DNA from: Gekko japonicus
Taxonomy: Eukaryota
DNA length: 64,000 nucleotides
Direction: 5' to 3'
Assembly: GCF_001447785.1 (NCBI RefSeq)
Contig: NW_015169174.1
Coordinates: 647,729-711,728 of the forward strand
A program made the position numbers and the translations under genes. Under the pieces are notes generated by a model. That model searched no databases. It saw only the letters and a program-made list of their open reading frames with translations, and had not been told where the DNA came from. Below are positions 1 through 17,299 of this stretch, in pieces. Each line of letters begins with the position of its first letter. The stretch's first letter is position 1.

Positions 1-824
1 ATGTGATGTGGCTGGGGAACACAGTGATTTCTGGGAGTTTTCCAGGCCCCACAGGGAGATTGGCAACTCCAGTGACTGTTGAAGAGAAAATTGGGATATG
101 TATTTTGGCAACTCCAGTGACCGTTGAAGGGAAAATTGGGATATGTATTTTACCTCAGGACACATTCAATTACTCGCAACAGCAAACTGTTTAGAATGTT
201 AGAGGCAAAGGGCTATCAGGCCACATATGCAAATGACCTCTGTGTTCCGACTGGCTATTGGAGGGAGAGGAACAGCAAACTTTAGAATATTGGAGGCGAG
301 AGCACCCAGTGGATAGGGACAGCTTCTGAGTGACAGGTCAGAAGATCTAGCATGCAGTAGTAAATGCCATAACTATCCCCTTAGCTTGTCTGCATTTCCC
401 TCCCTCTGCTAATGACCATGTATCATAAGTATTGCAATACAGCTACAAGGTAGACTGAACTGTCACTATGAAATGGAAATAAGGGAAATAGGGCAGCTCC
501 TATGATGGGTTCATGATCACACCACTTTTTTTTAATATAAAGATTTTATTGTTTTTCCATTACTACACCAGTGCTACAGGGTTAGGGGAGTGGAACACTA
601 ATACACTACAATTCTACTAGGAAATGGGGGAGTGGAGCTAACAGGTGGCACGATCTGGATTACATGGCTTTTTAACTAAATCACCAACTACTACTAAGAT
701 AACATTGTAAATAAAAGTTTAAGAATAAAAATTAGCTTTCAATATCGTTTTACCAAAAACTGCTGTGGGTCGTGTGGAACGTTCAGAAAAATCACACCAA
801 AAGAGAATTATATATAAGGAGAGA
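1..824 (-). mobile_element. Non-autonomous Helitron-like element (5' part, runs off window start)
   Basis: Minus-strand start TCTCTCCTTATATATAATT matches the 5'-terminal region of the 51267-51669 element. Internal 150-340 is homologous to 16010-16240. A 45-bp tandem duplication lies at 60-150. Confidence 0.55.
525..790 (-). mobile_element. 5'-truncated LINE-type 3' end nested in the Helitron
   Basis: Poly(T) plus TTTATT at the left end, and 9-bp target-site duplication ATCACACCA at 516-524 and 791-799. Confidence 0.65.
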
Positions 825-1847
825 AAGCCATTTTATTTTCAGTCCCTTTTCTAATAATTCCCAGCACAGTTTGCCCTTTTCACTGCTGCTGTAGCAGCAC
901 ACTGGGTAGAGGAGGGAAATAGTTTTCCCACAGCACCTAAAGTTAAGAGAACAGCCAGATACATTACTAGATAATCTAGCACTTTACAAATATGTTTCCT
1001 GCAATCCAGGTTGGAGATTCTTTGGATACTTGCAAGAAGTATCTTCAGTTGTTCTAAATGTTCATGTTACATGACTGCAACAGTTCTCTGTAGTTATAAG
1101 TGTAGTATTATCACAATGTATCATGCCCTTTCCTACCAAGAAGGTAGCTGCCCTCTTGCATTGAGGTGCAACCCAAGATAGAACAGCATAATTAAAACAA
1201 GGGGCTTCCCCCCCCCCCCTGAACTGCATCATTTAATTATTTTGTAGTAAGATTAAGCAGTTTTATAGTACAGAAGCAGTTAGGGCATTCAAAAAATTGT
1301 AGTAGTTATAATTCAGGATTTAACAGCTGAGAACTCATTGTTGTGTTTTGGAGATGTACAGCAGTAAAATGTGGGACTGTCTACATAGATACTGGTCTGT
1401 TCACAGACTAAAAAAGCACTTTCTAGCAAAAATGAATCTTATCTGGTAAGATTCATCAGTATCCAGGGAAGGACATTTTCAGTGGCCTCCCCTAAATTCT
1501 GGGACTTCTTGTAGAGGCAAGTATAATACCATCTCTGCAGGGTGTCCAGACTAAGATGAAGTTGTTTCTATTCCAGGAGGCCTTTCAGCTGATTGAACAT
1601 GGAATGGTGTTTAGTGGTTATATTTTAAAATTAAATTAAGTATAGTTTTAAGTAAGAGTATGCTCTTCCTCCCAGTAGAGTTGTCTGTGGGTTGTTTCTT
1701 AACAAAGGAGTGGTAACTAGCTGGCTACTCTGCTGGTCTGCGGTGAATCTCAATATTTACAGTATTTGCTCAGATGCAAGTTGTTTTCCCCCCACAGGTA
1801 TGCCATCAAAAAGTGACACAGACACAGCAGATATTGCACATAATTCC

Positions 1848-1853
1848 TTTATT
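1848..1853 (-). terminator. Likely PGAM1 poly(A) signal
   Basis: AATAAA on the minus strand about 800 nt after the stop, followed about 20 nt later by a GU/U-rich downstream element (TGCTGTGTCTGTGTCACTTTTT). Confidence 0.6.
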
Positions 1854-2644
1854 TTACTGAGACTAGGGCAAATTCAGCCATTGTACAGTGACGTGAGCTC
1901 CAGTGCAGACCCACCCTATGGCAGGTTGGGATACCACAGGGATTGTGGGGCTGAGAAGCAATACAGAATGATACACAGTATCTGGGCTTACTGGCACTAC
2001 ATAGCAAGATTATGGGACTACATCTGAAGATTCCAGGGTGGGTGCTCATACCTTCCCTAGCCTGATCCCATCCTAACGGTTTGATGGCAATAGAATATCT
2101 TGGCAATTGTTACTTAACACGGAACCAAATAACAGTTCCAGGGACAATTCAAAATATGATATGGCCCTTCAATGACACAAGACAAAGCCGCAACAGAAGT
2201 GTGGTCTTTGCATCACCACTGTGCTCTGAAGCATCCCTGCCCTTAAAATCAGAGCAGTGAATGGCCAAATCGTCAAGCAACACTTAAAACCAAGTAATTT
2301 TTAATGACAGCAGCTGCATTAAGTGGCATAAAGGTGGGAAAGTTCTCTTGGAAATGCCAGAGGTTCTAGTGCCTTCATCTGAGGAGCACTGTAGTCCCTT
2401 GCCCATGGACTGACAAGATGCAATTCCGGAGCCCCTGGTGGACCACATCCCTATGGTTATCTCTCCAGAACCTACTGGGAAGGAATGAATGTGGAAGGAA
2501 ATTGGTCCTAAAGGAAGGGATATGGTCCCAAGAAACTCTACCTCCTTTGGCTCTTTGAACCCCATTCCTCTGGCTGTGGCAGATGTGTGCTGGGAAGGAA
2601 AAGGAATGAGGAGGGGGATCTTCTACTGCTTGCCTACCCCACCC

Positions 2645-7975
<5,331 letters not shown>

Positions 7976-9356
7976 GCCGGAAACGAATCAGGTCAGAAGA
8001 GGAGGTAGAGAGAGGGCGAGACGGCTTTCTCACCGCGCTAAGGGGACAGAAGCAGCCGCTCAAGGCGCATGCGTCGAAAGCACAGCCTTCACACGAGTCC
8101 ACTACGCAGGCGTCCACGGCTTCCGAGCCCCTCCCGCCGTGTACGAAGCCTGGCATAATGCGCATGCCCACAATGCCTCGTAGCCAGCCAGGTCCAGAAT
8201 CGGTACGTGCGCTCTCTAAGAGGATCGGTGGAGGTTTTGCGCGTGCGTTGAGGAGTAAGTGTTTGACCCCCTTCTTCGGGCACGGCGCTCACGGAGCTCA
8301 CGCGAAGGGCAACGTGACCTTCATCCACTATGATGTCACCGGTGCAGGCGCGCCGTGCTTGGAGAATGAGCCCCCCCCATTGCTGAGCTGTGGCCCGATC
8401 GATCTCATGAATACAACAAGCTGATGGTTTCCAAGACCCAAGTTGATGGACCATCGATCCATCTAGCTCAGTATTGTCTGCTCTAATTGGCAGTGGCTGT
8501 CCAGGATCCCTGGAGCCGAAAGATCTTTCTTAGCTGCTTCTGCTGCCTGAAAACCTTTAACTGTCCGTGCCAAAGGCTTTCCCTTCACAAGCTGCTCCGC
8601 CACAGAAACATGGGCTGCCTCTGCCCCAAATATACATTTGTAATAAATCAGTCTTGCCAGCAGTGTGAAGAGTTCATATCCTCTGGTGTCATCTGGATGG
8701 AAGCAAAGGAATTATGGAGAATTGCAACCTATAACATGAGTGTTTCACTAGTTTTTCTTTAATGTGAATAAGTGATACGCTTCAGCATCTGGATAGGAAA
8801 GGAATCCTACAATGGTGCCTGCTGGATTTGGCAGGGTCACTATTCATATTAAAAGGAGAGCCTGCAAGAAAATGAATTTTTATGGTGAACATAATATATA
8901 AGAGGTGCTCTGCTGGATCAGATCAGTGGTCCAGCATCTAGTCCAGCATCATATTTCACATAGTGGCCAACCAACTGCCCAGAAGGCCAATAACAGGGTG
9001 TAGAGGTCAAGGCCTCTACCAGCACCGGCATGTAGAGTTTTTTCTGGATGTGGATGTGCTATAAAAGCACAAGTAGGAGGCATGTAGGAAGGTGGCTCCT
9101 GACCTATTCAATATTTTTGGTACTCTAAGGCAGGGGTTGCCAACATTTTCTTTCATGAGAGCTGCTTCTGAACAATATTCCAAGCCACTCTCCCCACCAC
9201 CACCAGCATGCTACCAAAGCTTTGTTCTGTCCTGGGAACATGAGCTACAATTGAATCTATCAGCTAAAAAGCACAGAGAAAAATCCTATGAAGAGCTTTA
9301 CAAAAAAGCCTAGAACACATATTTGTACCATCTTCTGGGTTTTCTAGCAGATAACC

Positions 9357-9977
9357 AGGGCCGGCCCGAGGGGAGGCTGTGCCCTAGGTGAGGCTGCAGG
9401 CCGCAGGTGCCAACCTAGAGACCGCCCCACTGGAAACCCAGCAAGAGGCCCTGGATGGGGGGGCGGGCCCTGGATGGGGGCGCTGAAGTTCGCCTCCCCC
9501 CCTCGCCAAAAGCCAGCGCCAATCTCCGAGGCTCCCCTCCGCGGCCCTCCCGCCTGTCTGGACCCTCTCCAGTGACCCATGGCCGGCGGGGAAAGGCGCC
9601 GGCAGAGCGGGCGCATGAAGAGGGGAGCCTGCGCCGGGGCCGCGCTTGCTGCCGCCTGCCGGGGGAGCCAAGGCCGCCGGAGCTGCTGCAGGCACCGCCA
9701 TGCAGGAAGTAAGCGTGCCCTGCAGAAAGAAAGTGCCGCGGCCTCAAGTTTGCACACTGGGGGGGGGGAGGATTATGTGAATGATTCTCGGCGGAAGCGG
9801 TGGAGAGATCACGGACTCCAGGGGCCAAGCGATGGTGGCATTTCCCCTCCCCCGGGGCAGCCTGCCGTTTGCATGGGCCCCGGAGGGGACCGCCGTCGCC
9901 CAAGTTTCCCAGAGGGTAGCTGGTGGTGGAACTCCAGGTTCCGGGAATGATTCACACAATTCCCCCCCAGTGCGCAA
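9357..9977. mobile_element. GC-rich DNA-transposon remnants (hAT-like left end plus palindromic MITE at 9751-9977)
   Basis: CAGGGCCGGCCC terminus at 9357. Inverted pair TGCACACTGGGG..TGTGAATGATTCTCGG / CCGGGAATGATTCACACA..CCCCAGTGCGCA. Confidence 0.55.
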
Positions 9978-10510
9978 TGTTCTGCAGGGGAAAACTTGTA
10001 AAAACTTGTACAGCAGACCATCCCTCCAGACTGTGTCATAAGTGGCAGTCAGATCGATGAAAACTGCTGATGTCTTAAGACACTTCTGATATCCTGCCTC
10101 AATGAAAGGTGTTAAGCTGAGAACCTGGTCTTCACAACTATAATGGAGTCTAAATCCTGCTTGCTGTATAGGGACATGTTCATTAATTCTGTCACTGATT
10201 CTCCTCAGGATTAGCCTCTTGAGAAGTTTATAACAGGAGCTCAGAAAGGAAATAGGTCTGTAATTTTCTGCCATAAGTTTTGGTTTTCCAGGTTTCAGAA
10301 CAGCAACTATCTTTCTTGAATACCCTTGGGAGTCTTCCTGTTTTAATGATGTGAGAAATTTTGCGAGCCACTTCTTAGTGAACGTACTGCTGTTGATCAG
10401 AAACTCATTATGGAAGCAGTCAAAGCTGGTGCTTTTCTGCTCTTGATGTCCTTTAGTGCCTTGGAAATCTCATCAGCACTGAAAGCCCCTAACAGCTTGC
10501 AGTCTTCAAG

Positions 10511-10789
10511 AGAAGAAGAGAAGAGATTGGATTTATACCCCGCCCTTCACTTGGAGTCTCAGAGCGGCTTACAAACTCCTTTCCCTTCCCCTCCCCACAA
10601 CAGACACCCTGTGAGGTGGGCGGGGCTGAGAGAACTCTTGACAGAAACTGCCCTTTTTCAAGGACAGCTGTGCCAGAGCTTGTGACTGACCCAAGGTCAC
10701 ATCAGCAGGTGCAAGTGGAGGAGTGGGGAATCAAACCCAGTTCTCCCAGATTAGAGTCCGCGCACTTAACAACTACACCAAACTGGCTC
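10511..10789 (-). mobile_element. Squam3-like tRNA SINE
   Basis: Head GAGCCAGTTTGGTGTAGT.GTTAAG on the minus strand, CTT-type tail, TCTTCAAG duplication at both flanks. Confidence 0.85.
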
Positions 10790-10859
10790 TCTTCAAGGCA
10801 GGTGCATTTCAACATCCAGAGTTCTTTTAAAATCCTGCTTGTAAAATTTGATCCTTTGG

Positions 10860-11136
10860 AGCCAGTTTGTTGTAGTGGTTAGGATCGTGGACTTTAATCT
10901 GAGAGAACCGAGTTTGATTCCCCACTCCTCCACATGCAGCTACTGGTGTGACCTTGGGTCAATCACAAGATCTCTCAGAGCTATTCTCTCAAGAGCAGTC
11001 CTCGAAAGAGCTCTCTGAGCCCTGCCTACCTCACAGGTTGTCTGTTGTGGGGAGGGGAAGAGGAAGGAGATTGTAAGCCGCTCTGAGACTCCTTCGGGTA
11101 GTGAAGGGTGGGGTATAAATCCAATCCTCTTCCTCC
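10860..11136 (+). mobile_element. Squam3-like tRNA SINE
   Basis: Same family as the adjacent copy, in opposite orientation. Confidence 0.85.
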
Positions 11137-12399
11137 TGCTGATAGGGATATCAGTCAGGCAGCTACCTGGTTTGATGTTACCTCTGGATTTCCTTGGAGC
11201 ACACGTGGGCTTGCACCTAGGTTTTTCACTAGGTTCCGGGCTTTCCTACTGGAATGGAATTTGCAGTTGCTTCTGTCCATTTTTGTCTGTGTGCAGCATC
11301 GAGTTCATGAGTAGTTCATCTGCTACTTCTGGGTCTTTGCTGTTGAGGAAATTTTGATGCAGCCTCTCACTCTGATCGCTCCAACCTGGAATATATTCTT
11401 TCCGATATCCTTGAGGAATGTGCCTTTGGGCCATAGATATAACAGCTCCAACAAACTGGTGGTAGTTATTATGTGTTGGAGGGACCCATCCAAGACATCT
11501 ATTCAGATCTTCACCAAAACCTTTCTAATTCTTCCTCTTAAAGTTCCATCATGATCTTGGAAAAGATCTGAAAACTGGTATTTGGATTCCTAGCTCAAGG
11601 TTTACAGGTTGATGCTGACTGTGTGGGAAAGCCTCAAGAACATGTCTTGATATAGGCAAGGGCTGACTTCTCCAGTCAGATGAAACAAATGTTAAATCAG
11701 GGTTAGGCTCTCTATTCCATGCCACTGATCTGAAGGTGCCTCTGTCTTTAGCATCAAAAACGAGATGCAAGCTGTGTTCTTCAGCTCTGTCTACAAGTGC
11801 CTCACCGTTTTTATCATTAACCAAGTATCTCTGATTTCCATGGTGGCTGTTAAAGTCACTGGCATACACAGAAGAATGAGGGTAGTTTGATAGGACATGT
11901 GCTAGCCATGAAACTGCAGGAGGTTTGTAAACGCTGAAAACATATACTTCCTCAAATTTTACAATTGTGTGGCTGTCATTGTAGATGTTGGTCAATACCA
12001 GCTTCACATCCGTTGGAACTGAGTGATGTGTATTCCAGAGTAACTGTCTTTATTTCTGTAATGCAAAGGTACCCTCATCTCTATTCCGTGAGATCTTAAC
12101 ACAGTGCGGTAATTAATATAATGGAATGCTAGATACAGGCACTGATTAAAGAAATGAGTGTACTAAGTTTTAAATAAATAACAATAAAGTCTTAAGAACA
12201 CATTGGGATTTCAGGTGGACCTATGTAGGATTGTTCACAAAACAAATTTCAGCAGAACATTTACAAACCTTACAATTCCAAGGACACTTTCCTGGAAGTA
12301 AGCCTCACTGAATAAAATAGCACCTACTTCAGAGTACACCTGTTTAGGATTACTTACTAAGCTAGGGAAAATAATATATTAATAAAACAACACTATTGT

Positions 12400-12610
12400 T
12401 ATTATTTAGTTCATTTATACTCCACCTTTCTGGCCAGATGGGGACCCAAAGTAGCTCACATCATTCTCCTCTCCTCAATTTTATGCTGACAATAACCCAG
12501 TGAGGTGGGTTAGGCTGAGAGAAAGTAACTGGCCCATGGTCACCCCACAAGCTTCCATAGCACCAGTGGGGAATCAAACCAGGATTTTCCAAATACTAGA
12601 GGGACACTCA
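12400..12610 (-). mobile_element. MIR/Ther1-like CORE SINE
   Basis: CORE-type CACAACAACCCTGTGAGGTAGG-like block and L2-type tail. Confidence 0.65.
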
Positions 12611-13352
12611 CACTGATTCAAATTAACATCTCCTACCCTCATATATATCTTGTTTTGGTACAGTAACCTTTCTATTTCTCTCATATTTGTATCTAAAACT
12701 GTTCCTGGCTGTTTTGATCAAGTCTTTCTACCCTTTATTTTTGTAATAAAAGTTTCCCTTTGTCTTCTCTTCAACTCTCTCATTGCTCAACTGCCCCAAC
12801 AAACTCCCCCAACTTGGTATTTTCAATCTTCCACCAATCAGGCATGCCACTACCAGCCTGACCAATCACGGGCCAGCCAAGTATCAACCAACCCCCTTCC
12901 TAAATTCAGGCCTCTACTCTATGAACACTTCCTTGGGAATAAGCACCACTAAATACTTCTGAGTAGACTTCCTTAGGGTTGCTGCCTCACTCTTTCAAGT
13001 GGTTTGTTTCCTGTTCCTGAATAACTAAAGCCCTCATTTGGTTACAAACTTTAGCCCTTCAACTTTCCATTTCTCATAGAACAGAACACACCATATTCCG
13101 TCTTCGAGAAGGGAGAAAGGAGCCTTTCTAGATGATTAAGTTTACCTCATTCACCAGTCCAGATTGTGTTTCTACCTTTTGTGAGCCACATATGGATCCA
13201 CAGGAGGAGATTTGTGTGTGCTCCCTCTCTCTTTGTATCCTCAGTTTATGTGACACTTTGTGCATCTCATCTGACAAAGTGAGCTCTGGCTCACAAAAGC
13301 TTCTACCATAATAAATTGGCTAGTCTTTAAAAGACATAGAAAGACTGACTCA

Positions 13353-13700
13353 GGCCCCAGTCTCATGGGCCGGATAATGCAGGGGGGGGGGGGGGGGGGG
13401 GCGTGCCTATTTGCACCGTCGCAGTTTGATCTGCGATTATGCGTTCAGACGCGATGGCGGCTTCCTCCTTTGGCCAGGATAACGGGGGAGAAAGCTGCGC
13501 GCCGCTGCAATCACACCGGGGGAATCCGCATGCAGCCCGAGGCAAACCATTTGCTAGTAGGTCGTCCCAGGTACTTTTTTATTGTGCATCTTTGGCGGGA
13601 CACCACGGGAGCGCTACACCTCCCAGAAGTTCTGGTGTGATCACGCCAGAAAACTCCGCGGGAGAATCGTGCCTTCAGCGTGGCAAATGTGACCAGGGCC
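13353..13700. mobile_element. PIF/Harbinger-like MITE
   Basis: Imperfect TIRs GGCCCCAGTCTCAT / ATGTGACCAGGGCC with 3-bp TSD TCA. Confidence 0.65.
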
Positions 13701-14308
13701 TCAATAAAGGAAGCTAGGGCCTTCAGTTTGCAAGCCCTGACTGTAATAGATACCCACTTGCAGCCAGTTCATTTGGGAAGGGCGGTTGGAGAGAGGGAGA
13801 GATAGACAGAGACCATCCTTATATGGGGAAGGAAAGAAATCAACGAAGAGCAGACTTCCTCCGGAAGGACGGAACCATGGTCAAGATGAAAGCCCTCAAC
13901 TGTAACCAGTCTAAGGCAGAATGGATCTTTTCCGGACTACAGTCAGAGTGGATGACCATCATCCCATCTGGGGGAAGGAATCTTGTAAAGGCTGACAACT
14001 GAGACATTTGGATGTGGCTCCTTCCAGAGTCTTTCTGATGGGCCCTCACCTCCACCTTGGCCTCAAGCCAAAACACCCTCTCTGGCTTGGTTGATGGCAC
14101 AACACTGGCCTCACTTGCCCTTGCATGAGTGGGGTGTCTTGTACCGCTTTATATGGCCATGCTGAACATCACTTTCATGGCCGCCCCAACTTCTCGAAGC
14201 ACCCAGTGGTGGCCAAGTAGCACATCAGGCCTCACAAACATATATTGCTGTTCAATATTTTGATTCATGCATCATTCTAACGGCAGCAATTCCTACCTTT
14301 GACACCTA

Positions 14309-14476
<168 letters not shown>

Positions 14477-14652
14477 TCATGCCAGGCAGGGACTACACAC
14501 TCGGCGGGGGTATTTCGTGAGGGTGCAGGATGTAGAGCTTGGTATGTGTAAAAGCAGTGCTGTTCAGAGCCTCTCTTCCTCAGAAAGCGGGAGGAAAACT
14601 GTCCCTGAGAAAGAAGTGTGGGCCCTGGCTATCCCCTGTTCATCCCCCCTAC

Positions 14653-14723
14653 CTGGATCAGAGGTCGAGCAGCCGTTTCCACTTCTCTGAAAAGAAAACT
14701 ACTTGATAACGTCTCTTCGCTGC
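14653..14723 (-). pseudogene. Pre-KRAB linker exon of the same relic
   Basis: tttgtctcccttgcag|71 nt|gtaggg, phase 1 to phase 0, encoding (G)SEETLSSSFLFREVETAARPLIQ. In frame with the KRAB-A exon and resembling the linker exon that precedes KRAB in squamate SCAN-KRAB genes. Confidence 0.65.
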
Positions 14724-15335
14724 CTGCAAGGGAGACAAAATTGGAAGGAGGGATTTTAGCCATAAATTCCTATTTGTTTGTTTGTTTGTCTCAATCCTGC
14801 TTACACATCCCCACTCCCTGGTTTCTGAAACCTTGTCTTCTTTACACTTAAGCAAATTTGTAATAACTTTTAGTAAACTGTGGGAGTGGTGGAAGAGAAG
14901 CGCCAGGTCTCCATGAGCCTCGGGAGGTTATAAATGCTGCCGACACATTTCAGACTTCTGTGAGACTTGGAATGTGCCCTGAAGCGCTAACGGTTGCAGC
15001 ATACCTGCTGGATCAGACCAAAAGCCCAGGCATGATCTTCTCACACCTGCTGGGCCTTCTTACCCATCCTGGAGTCCAGAACGATAGGAGGAAAAGAGGT
15101 GACCAGAAATCACATGGCATGATACGTTGTCATCACATCCAGCCCTAAACCCGTGTGATTTTATCGCAATAGCTGATCTTCTGGGAACTCTAGCAACGAA
15201 TGTGTTTCCAGAGCGTCTGCTGATGCTCTGACTTCACATCCAGGTATTTGGCTGGACAAGGCCACCACCCCGGGGCTCAGGGAGGTGGGGGGACGTTTCG
15301 CGCCGCCCCCCCCCCCCCCGCGGGCTGGGCGGGAA

Positions 15336-15507
15336 NNNNNNNNNNNNNNNNNNNNNNNNNNNNNNNNNNNNNNNNNNNNNNNNNNNNNNNNNNNNNNNNN
15401 NNNNNNNNNNNNNNNNNNNNNNNNNNNNNNNNNNNNNNNNNNNNNNNNNNNNNNNNNNNNNNNNNNNNNNNNNNNNNNNNNNNNNNNNNNNNNNNNNNNN
15501 NNNNNNN
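15336..15507. other. Assembly gap
   Basis: Run of N. Confidence 1.
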
Positions 15508-16316
15508 ACGCTGAGTGCACCATTTTCTCCAGAGGAACTGATCTCTGCTACCTAAAGAACAGTTGTAATTTTGAGTGATCTTCAGCCCTCACCTGGAGAT
15601 TGGCAACAATGGTTCCCCAGAGGGAATGGTTGGTTTGGAGGGTGGAGTCTATGGCTTTGTACCTGTCTGAGGTCCCACGCCTCCTGAAACCTCACCCTCT
15701 CCAGGCTCCATCCCTCACATCTCCAGGAATTTCCCACCTGGAGTTGGCAACCCTATCTCCTTCCCAGCCAATCATCAACCTACCTTTATTTCCCCCTCAC
15801 TCTTCAGCTTTCCACCCCCCACACACCTGCAGCCTCTCCCATGCTCTGAAGCCCTGACTGCTACATTACATTGGCTGTCATACGGGGGCCACCTCAGTAG
15901 CATATAAGGATACAGAGCCCACCATTTTCTCCAGGGGAACTGATCTCTGCCATTTGGAAAGCAGTTGTAATTCTGAGTGATCTCCAGCCCTCACCTGGAG
16001 ATTGGACACATTTTACCTCAGAACAGCAAAACTGTTTAGAATGTTAAAGGCAAAAGCCAATCAAGTCGCATATGCAAACGACCTCTGTGTTCCGAGGCAG
16101 AGGCCAATGAGGCTGCATATGCAAATAACCTCTGTGTTCTGACTGGCTATGTGGGGGGGGGAGAGGAATGTTGGAGGTAGGACTCAGGACTCAGGTAAAG
16201 CAGCTAGTGGATAGGGAGACCCTCTGAATGACAGAACAGAGAGCGAACTGATTTTGGAGCATGTGGAATGTTCTAGAGAAGTGCCACCACCATTCGGCTT
16301 TTATTTATAAGGGAGA
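15508..16316 (-). mobile_element. Non-autonomous Helitron-like element (3' end presumably lost in gap)
   Basis: Minus-strand A|TCTCCCTTATAAATAAAAG 5' terminus at 16316. Internal homology to 150-340, and a nested or captured TTGGCAACCCTA-type element at about 15520-15755. Confidence 0.6.
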
Positions 16317-16530
16317 TGAGCAATCATGGATTCTCTATTGGCAATTATGTACTCCTTTATCCCCTATGGGCAAGCGACCTCTCCATTATTCCCTATGGGC
16401 AGTCATGGATTCTCTATAGGCAATTATGTACTGCACTATCCCCTCTGGACAAGCCTACTCTCCATTATTCTCTATGGGCACCCATGTATTCCCTATGGGC
16501 AATCACTGTCCTTAGTTTTAGTACGTCCCT
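16317..16530. repeat. TTCCCTATGGG tandem array, probably subterminal repeats of a DNA transposon
   Basis: Repeating ATTATTCCCTATGGGCA / CATGGATTCTCTATTGGCAATTATG units ending in GTCCTTAGTTTTAGTACGTCCCT. Same family and same end as 51208-51864. Confidence 0.85.
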
Positions 16531-16587
16531 CCTTGTCACTGTAGTGAAAAAGCTTGAAACACTCCAAAAAGTTACTTTTTCTAGCAA

Positions 16588-16774
16588 AAATTTATTCATG
16601 GTATGAGCTTTCGTGTGCATGCACACTTGTTCAAATTAGAAAAAGGTATTTGAAAAAGTGTCCATGCACACGAAAGTTCATACCTTGAATAAAACTTTGT
16701 TGGTCTTAGAGGTGCCACTGGACTCTAAATTTGTTCTGCTGCTTCAGACCAACACGACTGACCACCTGTAACCA
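16588..16774. mobile_element. Penelope-like element terminal remnant with inverted end
   Basis: Inverted pair TTTATTCATGGTATGAGCTTTCGTGTGCATGCACAC / GTGTCCATGCACACGAAAGTTCATACCTTGAATAAA, typical tail GGTCTTAGAGGTGCCACTGGACTC, and 12-bp TSD TTTTTCTAGCAA. Confidence 0.8.
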
Positions 16775-17299
16775 TTTTTCTAGCAAGGTATAGAAAGACG
16801 TCATGACAAACATCAGTAGGTAGCTGTATTTTTACTGCCATTTTTGCAGCCCCTTAAAGATTATTCCATAAATTTTCAGATGCATGAAATGAAATCTCAG
16901 TGCGTTAGTACAGATATGCACGCACATAGCGGGGAAAACTGTGACTGTAACTAGAAAGCGTTCTGCAAAGGAAAACTGTAGACCGAGATCTGTATTTCAG
17001 GACTCTTTAAACTCTATGTTCACGTTTGCGTGTCATATTTATTTAAGTTTCATTGCGTCATCTGTCGACAGACCTCAGCACACACCAAAGCTTAAGGTAC
17101 AATAAACCTGTTAAGACTTTAAGATGCCGCAGTATTTTTTGATTTACAGAACCTCGTGTCTTTTTGCTGTGGTTTGAACTGAAAGTATGTTGTCTGCTCA
17201 GATAAGCCATAGGCAGTTAAAATGGAGAGGAAGCAGAACTTATGTTTCATTAAAGGCCGTGTTACAAGCAGAAATCCAACGAACATAATAATGTAACAA

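Larger units (their letters stand above)
9978..12010 (-). mobile_element. Degenerate Vingi/Ingi-clade LINE (APE endonuclease plus RT N-terminus)
   Basis: Frame-disrupted peptides SVYKPP, DFNSHH, TFRSVAW..PDLTF, FPHSQHQP, RKEYIPGW, NYRPISFLS, QAGFR, AVFIDLTATYDTVW. Interrupted by two SINEs. Confidence 0.85.

Noticed and set aside
1-1800. Expected EXOSC1 3' exons downstream of PGAM1
   Set aside because: No matching peptide found; presumably outside the window.
9344-9950. GC-rich ORF cluster resembling a CpG-island gene
   Set aside because: Bounded by transposon termini and inverted repeats, with no recognisable protein or splice structure.
14040-14100. KRAB-B-like peptide PSTKPERVFWLE downstream of the KRAB-A exon
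   Set aside because: No polypyrimidine tract or phase-1 acceptor, and similarity too short to distinguish from chance.
16317-16530. Regular repeats superficially like a CRISPR array
   Set aside because: Eukaryotic tandem units without unique spacers, and no cas genes.
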